From an uncultured bacterium (lineage in GTDB: Bacteria > CAYJRR01): a DNA stretch of 52,505 nt. The notes under the pieces are model-generated. The model was not told the origin of the DNA and did no database searches. It saw only the letters and a list, made by a program, of their open reading frames with translations. The translations under genes and the position numbers were made by a program. Location of the stretch: assembly GCA_964372275.1 (NCBI GenBank), contig CAYJRR010000010.1, positions 1 through 52,505 of the forward strand, in the 5' to 3' direction. Positions 37,421 to 46,709 of the stretch are shown here, piece by piece. Positions within the stretch are counted from its first letter, which is position 1. Every line of letters starts with the position of its first letter.

Positions 37421-38805
37421 GGCCGGTCCGGGTCGACTGGACGTTCGCGACGGAGGCGGCGGTCGGCGAGCGCTCGGGGATCTCCGAGCGGCACCTCGAC
37501 GAGCTGTCCCAACGGGCCCGCGAGGTTCACGCCGACCTGGTGAAGGCGCGCGAGGCGGGGGCCCTGGGCTTTTGGGACCTGAAGGCGCGCGAGGCCGACG
37601 CGCGCGCCGTCGCCGCCGAAGCGATGCGGCTCCGGGAGGAGGCGGAGTGGCTGATCGTCCTCGGGATCGGCGGCTCGGCGCTGGGAACGCGCACCCTCCT
37701 CGACGCCTTCGTCCCGCCGGCGCCGTACGCGGCGAGGCCGGGTCCGAAGGTGGTGGTGCTCGACAACGTCGATCCCGAGCGCCTGGCGCGTCTCGCGGAG
37801 ACGGTCGATTGGCGGCGGGCGGCGATCAACGTCGTCAGCAAGTCGGGCTCGACGACCGAGACCGGCGCCCAGTTCGTCTGGCTCCGGGACCTCCTGGTGC
37901 GGGCCGTCGGAGCGGAGACCGCGCGCCGGCGGATCGTCGTCACCACCGACGGCAAGGCCGGGGTGCTCCGGCCGCTGGTGACGCGCGAAGGCCATCCGTC
38001 GTTCGAAGTCCCCGACAACGTCGGCGGGCGGTTCTCGGTGCTGACGCCGGTGGGGCTCCTGCCGGCGGCGGTGGCGGGGATCGACGTGCGGGAGCTGGTG
38101 GCGGGGGCGGCCGAAATGGCGGCCGACTGCGACTCCCCCGACCTGCGCGCGAACCCGGGCGCCCTCCTCGCCGCCTTGCATTGGCTGGGCTGCACCCGCA
38201 AGGGGCACGCCGTCTCGGTGATGATGAGCTACGCCGACGGCCTGCTCACCTTCGCCGAGTGGTACAAGCAGCTCTGGGCGGAGAGCCTCGGCAAGCGGCG
38301 TGATCGCGCCGGGCGGGAGGTCTTCGCCGGCCAGACGCCGGTGACCGCGCTCGGGCCGACCGACCAGCATTCGATCCTGCAGCTCCTGATGGAAGGTCCG
38401 TTCGACAAGCTGGTCACCTTCCTGGGCGTCGACCACTTTCGCGCCGATCCGGCGATACCGTCCGGAGAGCCCGCGGAGCCCTATCCGTACCTTGCCGGGC
38501 GCCGCTTCGCGGAGCTCGTCAACTTCGAACGCGACGCCGTCGCCGCGGCGCTCGCCGCCGAGGGACGGCCGAGCGTGAGCGTGCTCCTCGACCGCTTGAC
38601 GCCGCGCTCGATGGGGCAGCTGTTCTTCCTCTACCAGGCGGCGACGGCGTTCGCCGGGGGGCTGTTCGAGGTCGATCCGTTCGACCAACCCGGGGTCGAA
38701 GCGGGGAAGCGGATCACCTACGCCCTGCTCGGACGGAAAGGATTCGAGGCGGAGCGGGAGGCGTACGAACGCCTCCGCGGGAAGACCCCACCCCGGGTCG
38801 CCTGA
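37417..38805 (+). CDS. pgi: Glucose-6-phosphate isomerase
   Basis: GTGA overlap with the upstream stop. Contains VLGIGGSALG, SKSGSTTET, VGGRFSVL, QLWAESLGK, DQHSILQL and FDQPGVEAGK. Confidence 0.96.
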   Translation: MRPVRVDWTFATEAAVGERSGISERHLDELSQRAREVHADLVKAREAGALGFWDLKAREADARAVAAEAMRLREEAEWLIVLGIGGSALGTRTLLDAFVPPAPYAARPGPKVVVLDNVDPERLARLAETVDWRRAAINVVSKSGSTTETGAQFVWLRDLLVRAVGAETARRRIVVTTDGKAGVLRPLVTREGHPSFEVPDNVGGRFSVLTPVGLLPAAVAGIDVRELVAGAAEMAADCDSPDLRANPGALLAALHWLGCTRKGHAVSVMMSYADGLLTFAEWYKQLWAESLGKRRDRAGREVFAGQTPVTALGPTDQHSILQLLMEGPFDKLVTFLGVDHFRADPAIPSGEPAEPYPYLAGRRFAELVNFERDAVAAALAAEGRPSVSVLLDRLTPRSMGQLFFLYQAATAFAGGLFEVDPFDQPGVEAGKRITYALLGRKGFEAEREAYERLRGKTPPRVA

Positions 38806-38881
38806 CGCTCGAGGGGCGTTGGCATCGGGCGGAACGAACCGATTCGGAGTACACTTCCACGACACGCCGGGCGGACGTCGG

Positions 38882-39775
38882 ATGGCGCAGAAGGAAGAGA
38901 AGACCAACATCACCACCCAGGTGGAGCTCTCCAAGCTCGAGCTGCAGGCCTCCACCCGGCCGGCGCTGGTGGTGATGACCGGCAAGCAGATCGGGAAGAA
39001 GTACGACCTGGAGAAGAGCGAGGCGGTCATCGGCCGCTCCAGCGAGTGCGAGATCCCGGTTCCGGGGGAGGACATCTCCCGCAACCACGCGCGGCTGTCG
39101 GTCGGACACGACGGACGGGTGCGGGTCGTCGACCTGGGCTCGACCAACGGGACGTTCGTCAACGGCGGAAAGGTGACGGAGGAGACGCTGCTGGTCGACG
39201 GCGACCAGCTCCGCTGCGGCAACACGATCTTCAAGTTCCTGTCGAAGGGCTCGGTCGACTCGATCTACCACGAGGAGCTCTACAAGCAGGCGACGATCGA
39301 CCCGCTGACCCGGGTCTCCAACCGCAAGCACTTCAACCACGAGCTCGAGAACGAGTTCCGTCGGGCGCGGCGTTACGGGCGCCCGCTGTCGCTCCTGATG
39401 CTCGACCTCGACCACTTCAAGAAGGTGAACGACACCTTCGGGCACCAGGCCGGCGACTACGTCCTGCGCCACACCGCCGAGGTGGTGCGCGAATCGCTGC
39501 GGGCCCAGGACCTGTTCGCCCGCTACGGTGGCGAGGAGTTCGCGTTGGTGCTGCCCGAGACGACCCTCGACAACGCCGTCGCGCTCGCGGAAAAGCTGCG
39601 CGCCCGGGTGGAGCAGGGGCGCTACGAGCACGACGGTCGCGCGATCGCCGTCACCCTGTCGATCGGCGTGGCGACGCTGGAGCCGTCGCACGCGGAGCAC
39701 GAGGAGCTGGTCGCCAGCGCCGACCGCCAGCTCTACGCCGCCAAGAAAGGCGGACGGAATCGGGTCTGCAAGTAG
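38882..39775 (+). CDS. FHA-domain diguanylate cyclase (FHA-GGDEF)
   Basis: FHA motifs IGR, ISRNHA and DLGSTNGTFVNG. Cyclase motifs DPLTRVSNR, DLDHFKKVND, RAQD I-site and RYGGEEF. Confidence 0.95.
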   Translation: MAQKEEKTNITTQVELSKLELQASTRPALVVMTGKQIGKKYDLEKSEAVIGRSSECEIPVPGEDISRNHARLSVGHDGRVRVVDLGSTNGTFVNGGKVTEETLLVDGDQLRCGNTIFKFLSKGSVDSIYHEELYKQATIDPLTRVSNRKHFNHELENEFRRARRYGRPLSLLMLDLDHFKKVNDTFGHQAGDYVLRHTAEVVRESLRAQDLFARYGGEEFALVLPETTLDNAVALAEKLRARVEQGRYEHDGRAIAVTLSIGVATLEPSHAEHEELVASADRQLYAAKKGGRNRVCK

Positions 39776-39805
39776 CGCCCGCGGCCGGCGCTCCGCCCGT
39801 CCCGG

Positions 39806-40993
39806 TCAGCCCCACCAGATCGAGCGCCGCTCCTTCAGCTGCTCGATGATCATCTCCTGGATCTGCGCCCGCACCTGTTGGGAGAGCTTGTTCACCAGGA
39901 TCCGGTTCTTGCGGTCCCCCTCCGAGAACGAGGCGAACTCGATCGGCTCGCCGAAGCGGATCATCCACTTGGACGGCAACGGGATCAGGCCCAGCAAGCC
40001 CAGCCAGGGGAAGATCGGGGTGATCGGGATGTAGGGGATCCCGAGCGGGTCGGCGAGCCACGTGCCGCGACCGACCATCGGGTGGATCTCCTCCGCGCCG
40101 ACGACGGCCACGGGGACGAGGGGGCTTTTGGTGTCGAGGCAGATCTTGACGAATCCTCCGCGGCCGAAGCGCTGCAATCGGTAGCGGTTCTTGTAGAGCT
40201 TGCCGAGCCCCTTCACCCCCTCGGGGAAGACGCACACCAACTCGCCGTGGCGGAGCAGCCGGGTCGCGTTCTCCGGGCTGGCGCGCACGCCGCCGACGCG
40301 CATCATCAGCGTCCCGAGGAACGGGAAGTGGTAGGCGAAGTCCTCGACGAGGAACCGGACGTCGCGCGCGTTCGGCTGCTCGTTCATCACGGCGACCTTG
40401 ATCATCGCGCCGTCGTAGGGGAGCCCGCCCGAGTGGTTGGAGACGAGCAGTCCGGCCCCCTCGGCGGGCACGTGCTGGATCCCCTTCACCTCGATGCGCC
40501 AATACTCGTAGTAGAGGAAGTCGAAGAGTGGCTTGAACCGCTGCGAGATGACCGGGTCCATCCCGTAGTCGTCGACCACCTCCGACTTCCCGCGGAGCGA
40601 GAAGCGCGCCCAGGTCTCCTTCCACTCCTGCGGGGAGGTGAGGTCGGCGAGCCGGGTCACGACCTCGCCGACGTTCTCCATCAGGTGGGCGCGCGGACGG
40701 TCCCCCTTGGCGCGCGCCTCCTTCATCCCGCCGAGGACGCGGCCCTCGAAATCCTTCAGCGCGTGCTGGATCTCCTCGCGCACCGCTTCCGAATCGCCGC
40801 CGCGGGTGTGGCGGAGCGTCTCCGAGACCTTCTTGTCGAGCCCGTCGAGATGGTCGTCGACCTTGGTCTCCAGGGCGCGCAGGCGCTCCTCGACATCGGC
40901 CCGGAGGCGCGCCATCTCGTCGGGCTCGAACGACGGGAGCTCCGGGGTCGGACCCAGCGTGCGCTTCGCGCGTTTTCCCTGATCGATCGCCAT
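39806..40993 (-). CDS. Lysophospholipid/glycerol acyltransferase family protein with N-terminal coiled coil
   Basis: VDDYGMDP, LVSNHSGGLPYD (HX4-5D), VFPEGVKG and VVGAEE. Start overlaps the upstream stop. Confidence 0.9.
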   Translation of the reverse strand: MAIDQGKRAKRTLGPTPELPSFEPDEMARLRADVEERLRALETKVDDHLDGLDKKVSETLRHTRGGDSEAVREEIQHALKDFEGRVLGGMKEARAKGDRPRAHLMENVGEVVTRLADLTSPQEWKETWARFSLRGKSEVVDDYGMDPVISQRFKPLFDFLYYEYWRIEVKGIQHVPAEGAGLLVSNHSGGLPYDGAMIKVAVMNEQPNARDVRFLVEDFAYHFPFLGTLMMRVGGVRASPENATRLLRHGELVCVFPEGVKGLGKLYKNRYRLQRFGRGGFVKICLDTKSPLVPVAVVGAEEIHPMVGRGTWLADPLGIPYIPITPIFPWLGLLGLIPLPSKWMIRFGEPIEFASFSEGDRKNRILVNKLSQQVRAQIQEMIIEQLKERRSIWWG

Positions 40994-42015
40994 CACTCCA
41001 CCAGGTGGATCGCCCGCAGGCGTTGCATCCCCATGAACGACTGCAGCGTCTCGCGCGTCGAAAACTTCGGGACGAAACCCATCTTCTTCTCCGCCTTCTC
41101 GCCGTCGGCCACCCACAGGAAGCGGAGGTAGTCGAGCAGATTGGGCGGCATCTCGCCGACCCCCGCCAGCCACGCCCCCTTGTAGGCGGCGCGAAGCAGC
41201 GGACCGGGGATCGGGACCTGCACCTTTCCCGAGATCCCCAGGATCGTCGAGACCGGCATCACGCCGCGGCCGACGACGTTCCAGGCGCCCGGATGGTCTT
41301 CGCGGATCACCTTGAGGTAGGCGTCGATGACGTCGGTCTCGTGGACGCACTGCATGAGCGGGTCGTAGCCGAGGATCGTGGGGACGGCGGGACGCCCGAA
41401 GTAGCGCGTCCAGAAGTTCCGGACCGTCGGTCCGAGCATCATCGCCGGCCGCAGGATGGTGGTGACCGCCTGCGGGTTTCGCTTGGCGAAGGCGGCGAAC
41501 TCCTTCTCCGCCTCGACCTTGTCGCGGATGAAGCGAGCCTTGGCGCCGTTCAGCGGCATCTCCTCGGTCAGGTAGTTCGGGTTCCGCGCGTTCGCGCCGT
41601 AGACCATCGTCGAGGAGCCGAGGATCAGCTTGCGGACGCGCGCCTCCTCGCAGGCGGAGACGACGTACATCGTCCCGATCGCCTCCAGCTCGTGCGCGTA
41701 GCTCGAATTGCGGGAGGGGTTGGTGAGCAGCGCCAGGTGGAGAAGCGTCTCGCAGCGCTCGTTCTGGAGGATCTGCGCCAGGTCGGCGTCGGCCGTCGGC
41801 TGGGTGATGTCGAGCTTGTAGAAGCGCGTCTTCTTGAGCGGGAAGGAGGGCTTCACCACGTCGACCGCGACGACGTGCGGCACGCTCCGGTCGGCCTCGA
41901 GGATCTTGAGCAGGTTGGAGCCGACGAAGGAGTTGGCGCCGGTGAGGACGATCGAGGGGGCCGACGGATCGCCGCCGTCGTGGCGGGGGCGCTTCTTGAC
42001 TCGTTTCACGGCCAT
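40993..42015 (-). CDS. NAD-dependent epimerase/dehydratase (extended SDR)
   Basis: VLTGANSFVG, LLHLA, SSTMVYGA and LGYDPLMQCVHETD. Confidence 0.9.
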   Translation of the reverse strand: MAVKRVKKRPRHDGGDPSAPSIVLTGANSFVGSNLLKILEADRSVPHVVAVDVVKPSFPLKKTRFYKLDITQPTADADLAQILQNERCETLLHLALLTNPSRNSSYAHELEAIGTMYVVSACEEARVRKLILGSSTMVYGANARNPNYLTEEMPLNGAKARFIRDKVEAEKEFAAFAKRNPQAVTTILRPAMMLGPTVRNFWTRYFGRPAVPTILGYDPLMQCVHETDVIDAYLKVIREDHPGAWNVVGRGVMPVSTILGISGKVQVPIPGPLLRAAYKGAWLAGVGEMPPNLLDYLRFLWVADGEKAEKKMGFVPKFSTRETLQSFMGMQRLRAIHLVE

Positions 42016-42104
42016 GAGGAACGCGCGAGTCTACTCGTGGCCGCGGCGGGAGGGAAGGGCTGCGCGGGCTTCCACCCCGCCCAGGGCCGCAGTAGCGTCC
42101 CCCC

Positions 42105-44078
42105 ATGTCCAGCCGCCCCGCCGTCCGTCCCCGTGCCATCCGGGTGCTCCCCGACGCGCTCTCCAACCAGATCGCCGCCGGGGAGGTCGTGGAGCGGCCG
42201 GCGTCGGTGGTGAAGGAGCTGGTCGAGAACGCGCTCGACGCGGGGGCGACGCGGATCGTCGTCGAGATCGGGGAGGGGGCCCGCGACCTGACGGTGACCG
42301 ACGACGGGTGCGGGATCCCGGCCGCCGAGGCGCCGCTCGCGCTCCAGCGGTTCGCGACGTCGAAGATCGGCCAACTCGCCGACCTCCACCGGATCGAGAC
42401 CTACGGATTCCGCGGCGAGGCCCTCCCATCGATCGCCTCGGTCAGCCGCTTCTCCCTCGAGACCCGGCCCGCGGCGCAGGCGGCCGGCGTGCGGATCGAG
42501 GTCGAGGGGGGGGCGGCGCGCGCCGAGAGCGAGGTGGGCTGCCCCGCCGGCACGCGGATCGAGGTGCACGACCTGTTCTTCAACACCCCGGCGCGGCTCA
42601 AGTTCCTGAAAAGCGCGCCGACCGAGGTGCGCGCAGCGGTGCAGGCGGTGGCGCGGCTGGCGCTCCCGGCGGAGGGGGTGGCCTTCCAGGTCGTCGAGCG
42701 GGGACGCGTGGCGTTCCAGACGGCGGCGGGGGCGGCGCTCCGGGAACGGATCGGCGCCGTGCTCGGGGCCGAGACGGCGCAGGCGATGTTCGCGTTCCAG
42801 GGGGCCTCGAACGGCGTGCGCGCGCGGGGCTTCGCGGGGGCGCCGTCGCACGCGCGCAGCAACGCCCGCGATCTCCTGGTGTACGTCAACGGGCGTACGG
42901 TAAAGGACCGGACGGCTTTAAGCGCGGCGATCGAAGCCTACCGCTCGTTGCTCCCCGGAGGACGCTTTCCGGCGACAGTCGTCCTGCTCGAGGTGCCATC
43001 CGATCTCGTCGACGTGAACGTCCACCCCGCGAAGACCGAGGTCCGCTTCGCGCGGACCGACGACGTCTGGCGCGCCGTCCACCGCGGGATCGAGTCGGCG
43101 CTGCGCGAAGCGCCGTGGGGGAGAGGGGAGGGGGTACGCAGCCCGGCCGCGGTGCCGATCTGGGAGACGCCGCGGTGGGGGGAGGGGCAACGCCCGGCGG
43201 CGTGGACCGTCGGGCCGGCGAATGGCGAAGGGCCGGGTCCGGAACCGGGTGCGGGTTCGGCAACCGGCCCGGGATCGGAAACGGGAACGGATTCGGCAAC
43301 GGGTTCGGCTTCGGCTTCGGCTACGGATACGGGTTCGGCCTCGGCCTTCGCCGCGTCCGCGACCCCGGACGCGGTTGCCGCGGCGGTTCCTCTTGTCGCG
43401 GAGTCTCCTCGCTCCTACCGCCTGATCCACGGCCACGTCGCCGCGCCCCTTTCCGGCCCCCACACCACCCCCGTCGACCGCGACGATCCCCGCGCCTTCT
43501 TCCGCTCCGTACGGATCTTCGGTCAGTACCGCGCGACCTACCTTCTGGGCGAGCGGAACGGCGAGCTGGTCGTCATCGACCAGCACGCCGCGCACGAGCG
43601 GGTGATGTTCGAGCGGCTCAAGGTCGCGGCGGGGCGCGGGGAGGTGCCGCTCCAGCGTCTGCTCGTGCCGGCGGTCGTCGAGCTGCCGCCCGCCGACGCG
43701 CGCGCCGCGGCGGAGCTCCTCCCGGCGTTGGCGAAGGCGGGGATCGAAGCCGAGCCGTTCGGCGAACGGACGATCGCCGTCCGGGCCGTGCCGGCGGCCC
43801 TGGCGAAGGTCGAACCGTCGGCGCTCCTCCGTGACGCGCTCGACGAGGTCGGCCGACACGGCCGCTCGGGGACGTTGCTCGACCGAGTCGACGACCTCTT
43901 CGCGCGGATGGCCTGCCACGCCGCGGTCCGCGCGGGGGATCGACTCGGGCCGGAGGAGGTCACCCGGCTGCTCGCCGACATGGACGGCATCGACTTCGCC
44001 GCCAACTGCCCGCACGGTCGGCCCGTCGTCGTCCGCTTCCCCGCCGCCGAGGTCGAGAAGTGGTTCGAGCGGCGATAG
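42105..44078 (+). CDS. mutL: DNA mismatch repair endonuclease MutL
   Basis: NQIAAGEVVERPASVVKELVENALDAG, GFRGEAL, DVNVHPAK, DQHAAHER and CPHGRP. Confidence 0.98.
   Translation: MSSRPAVRPRAIRVLPDALSNQIAAGEVVERPASVVKELVENALDAGATRIVVEIGEGARDLTVTDDGCGIPAAEAPLALQRFATSKIGQLADLHRIETYGFRGEALPSIASVSRFSLETRPAAQAAGVRIEVEGGAARAESEVGCPAGTRIEVHDLFFNTPARLKFLKSAPTEVRAAVQAVARLALPAEGVAFQVVERGRVAFQTAAGAALRERIGAVLGAETAQAMFAFQGASNGVRARGFAGAPSHARSNARDLLVYVNGRTVKDRTALSAAIEAYRSLLPGGRFPATVVLLEVPSDLVDVNVHPAKTEVRFARTDDVWRAVHRGIESALREAPWGRGEGVRSPAAVPIWETPRWGEGQRPAAWTVGPANGEGPGPEPGAGSATGPGSETGTDSATGSASASATDTGSASAFAASATPDAVAAAVPLVAESPRSYRLIHGHVAAPLSGPHTTPVDRDDPRAFFRSVRIFGQYRATYLLGERNGELVVIDQHAAHERVMFERLKVAAGRGEVPLQRLLVPAVVELPPADARAAAELLPALAKAGIEAEPFGERTIAVRAVPAALAKVEPSALLRDALDEVGRHGRSGTLLDRVDDLFARMACHAAVRAGDRLGPEEVTRLLADMDGIDFAANCPHGRPVVVRFPAAEVEKWFERR
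43232..43345 (+). repeat. Degenerate 6-bp tandem repeat (NNCGGN, 19 units) in the mutL linker
   Basis: gccggg tccgga accggg tgcggg ttcggc ... ttcggc ttcggc ttcggc tacgga tacggg ttcggc ctcggc. Confidence 0.78.
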
Positions 44079-44129
44079 CCAAGGGACGACGCCATCGGCA
44101 CGGACGTTCGGCGCCAACCGGCGGTCGCA

Positions 44130-45416
44130 TCAGTAACCGGTCACCTTGTAGATCCGCCCCCGGTCTCCGTTCGACGGCTGCGTCAGTACGAACAGCGTTC
44201 GGTCCGGGGCGAGCGCCACGTCGACCGGCTCGTTCCGCAGGTGAACCGCGGTCCGCGAGGAGAACGTCCCCCGGGTGGCCACGATCCGCTTCGAACCGGT
44301 GCTCGCCACGAACAGCGCGTCGGCGAACGCCGAGCTGCCACCGGAGAGCCAGGCGATCCCGCGCGGAGCCTTCAGCGACAGCGCCTCGTAGAGCGACGTC
44401 ACTCCGGCGGCGGACACGCGCACGATCTCCTCGCTCCCCTCGTCGGAAACGACGTAGTCCCCGTCCGGCAGCCGCGCGAGTCCCCAGGCGTTGGTGAACG
44501 TCCCGCCGGTCACGTCGGTCGGGCTCGAGATCGGACTGCAATCGGCCACCGCGAGCTTCTTCAGCCGGTCGTCGCCCTGGTCGACGACGACGACTCCGTT
44601 CGCGGTGTCGACCACCAGATGGAACGGCTGGTCGGGATCGCTGGCGCCCGCGTTCACGCATTGGGTGGCGCCGCCGTAGCCGACTCCGGCCGTATAGGTG
44701 AGGCGAACGAGCCGGTCGGGGCGATCCGACAGGAACAGGGTGTCGCCGGTGGCGTCGAAGGCGAGCCCCTCGATCCGGCCGGCACCCACGAAGACGGCCC
44801 CCGCGGCGATCATGCCGGTCGTCGGATCGACCTGGCGGATGCATCCCCCGCCGCAGGTCGCGCCGCCGGAGTTGTCGGCGACGTAGAGGTAGCCGTCCTT
44901 GGGGGAACGTTCGATTGCCGCCGGATCGTCGAGGATCTCACCCGCCACCCCCTCCAGGAGCTTCGAACCGGCGAGACCCGCGGGAACCGCAATCGTGATT
45001 GCCGGATCGACGGTGAGCGTCAGCGGCTCGGCGGCGGCGATGTTTCCCGCGAGGTCCTCGGCCACGGCGTAGACGACGACCGTCGGCCCCGCAACCGCGC
45101 CGCCGGGTACGTCCACCTCGAAGGTCAGGATGCCGCCGGACGAACCGGCCGCCGCCAGGCTCGCGAACGACGCCACCGCTTCGCCGGCGACCTCGACGCG
45201 CACCTCGGCGACGCCCCCCTCGTCGGAGACCTGCACCGGCAGGTCGAACGGAAGTCCCGGGCCGATCGCAAGGTCCTGCGTCGGAGGCAGGATCGTCACC
45301 TCCGGGGGCCGCCGGTCGCGGTGGGCTGAGGTCGGCGATCGATCGCATCCCGTCCCGGCCACCGCCGCTGCCACCGCCGCCGTCCAACCGATCGAATGGT
45401 ACCGATGAGCGCGCAT
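44130..45416 (-). CDS. Lipoprotein with Ig-like domain and NHL/SMP-30-like beta-propeller
   Basis: ATG 45416 after AAGGGGGG, lipobox AGTGC. D..PP.V...SD..GV...A.DLAGN Ig signature, then repeats LYVAD, LFLSD, YVVSD and LFVAS. Confidence 0.8.
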   Translation of the reverse strand: MRAHRYHSIGWTAAVAAAVAGTGCDRSPTSAHRDRRPPEVTILPPTQDLAIGPGLPFDLPVQVSDEGGVAEVRVEVAGEAVASFASLAAAGSSGGILTFEVDVPGGAVAGPTVVVYAVAEDLAGNIAAAEPLTLTVDPAITIAVPAGLAGSKLLEGVAGEILDDPAAIERSPKDGYLYVADNSGGATCGGGCIRQVDPTTGMIAAGAVFVGAGRIEGLAFDATGDTLFLSDRPDRLVRLTYTAGVGYGGATQCVNAGASDPDQPFHLVVDTANGVVVVDQGDDRLKKLAVADCSPISSPTDVTGGTFTNAWGLARLPDGDYVVSDEGSEEIVRVSAAGVTSLYEALSLKAPRGIAWLSGGSSAFADALFVASTGSKRIVATRGTFSSRTAVHLRNEPVDVALAPDRTLFVLTQPSNGDRGRIYKVTGY

Positions 45417-45531
45417 GCCGTCCCCCCTTGCGGGCGTGCCCGTTGCCTCGTTCGGTCGATACGGGGACGGCCGGCCGGCGAGCGATCGAACGCGTCGTGA
45501 AAAGATTCGGGCGGCGTGTGACCTCGCGCAC

Positions 45532-45570
45532 AAGAAAGAAGACGGCCCGCCGGGGATCCGACGGGCCGCC
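45532..45570 (-). terminator. Rho-independent terminator
   Basis: Minus strand GGCGGCCCGTCGG-ATCC-CCGGCGGGCCGTC followed by TTCTTTCTT, just after the stop at 45625. Confidence 0.7.
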
Positions 45571-45624
45571 AGTCGCGAGCGACGGACGGGGCGACGTCCG
45601 TAGGCTCGGACACCGGATCTCGCT

Positions 45625-46608
45625 CTACGTCGTCCCTTCGTCCTCCTCGTCGTCGTCCACGTCGTCTTCGTCCTCGTGCTCGTCGCCGTCGTCGGTGTCG
45701 ACGTCGTCGGATTCGCCATCGCCGTCGTCGTCCTCCTCGAGGTCGATCGACGCCTTGATGTTCTCTTCGATCTCCGACTGGTTCTGGTCGTCGCTCGGGT
45801 CGAGGCATCCTCCCAGGCCGTCGGCGAACCAGACGGTCGGATCGATCGTGAGCGTGATCCCGTCGACGCCGGTCGCGGTGTCGCCGATCACGAGCTGGAT
45901 CTCCTTCTCCTGCTCCTCGTTGAGCGACGACTCGAAGACGAAGCTGTTTCCGTTGCTCATCGTCCCGGCGATCCGCACGCTCAATCCCGCCGACATCAGG
46001 TCGGCCAGCGTCGCGTCGGCAGCCGCGGCGGCGGCATCCTCGGGGTCGTCTTCGTCGAGCGTGTGCACCTCGAACTCGATCTCGTCGTAGAGCCCGACCG
46101 GCAGGTCGGCCGACAGGACGTTCTGCTGGATCGCCCCGTTGAAGTCGCCGCCGACCAGCTCGATGAGGTAGGGCCCGAGCTCCAGCTCGTACTCCTCGAG
46201 GCCGTCGCCGTCGGAGTCGTCGTCCTCATCGCCGTCCTCCTCCTCCGTCTCGGCCTCGTCGCCGGCGTCGTCTTCGCCCTCGCCCTCGCCGCCCGTGAAG
46301 GAGATCTCCTCGTCGCCGGTCTCCTCCCCCTCGTCGACGTCCCCCTCGTCCTCCTCGTCTTCGTCCAGGTACTCCTCGTCGAGGTCGTCCGAACGCTCGA
46401 GTTCGATCTCGCTCATCACCAATTGTGCGGAGGTCAGGGTGTTCCCGCAGGCGTCCGCGGCGGCGAAGCCTTGCCCCGCGCCGACCACCTTCACCGAGAG
46501 CTGTACCGTCGCCGTCTCGACGGAGCTCCCCCCCTTGTCGGCCTGGCATCCGGCCGCCAACAGAACGGCGGCCCCCAACGCGGCGATTCCGATCGATTCA
46601 CGCTGCAT
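45625..46608 (-). CDS. Extremely acidic lipoprotein (possibly DUF4382-like beta-sandwich)
   Basis: ATG 46608 after GAGGGGG, lipobox LAAGC. Core LGPYLIEL, GLYDEIEFEVH and IDPTVWF, with a long Asp/Glu loop and tail. Confidence 0.82.
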   Translation of the reverse strand: MQRESIGIAALGAAVLLAAGCQADKGGSSVETATVQLSVKVVGAGQGFAAADACGNTLTSAQLVMSEIELERSDDLDEEYLDEDEEDEGDVDEGEETGDEEISFTGGEGEGEDDAGDEAETEEEDGDEDDDSDGDGLEEYELELGPYLIELVGGDFNGAIQQNVLSADLPVGLYDEIEFEVHTLDEDDPEDAAAAAADATLADLMSAGLSVRIAGTMSNGNSFVFESSLNEEQEKEIQLVIGDTATGVDGITLTIDPTVWFADGLGGCLDPSDDQNQSEIEENIKASIDLEEDDDGDGESDDVDTDDGDEHEDEDDVDDDEEDEGTT

Positions 46609-46709
46609 GGTCGTCCCCCTCGTGGTCCTGCGAAACGGGTTGGTGCCCTCGTTCCGAACACTCCATACGACGGTCGGTTGGTTCTTGGCGAGGGCTCCGA
46701 GAAAAATCC

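Noticed and set aside
45446-46709. Shared words (CGTAT, GAACGAGG, GGGGGACG) upstream of the two lipoprotein genes after the ECF cassette
   Set aside because: Spacing between the words differs and no common -35 element is visible, so an ECF promoter consensus cannot be supported.
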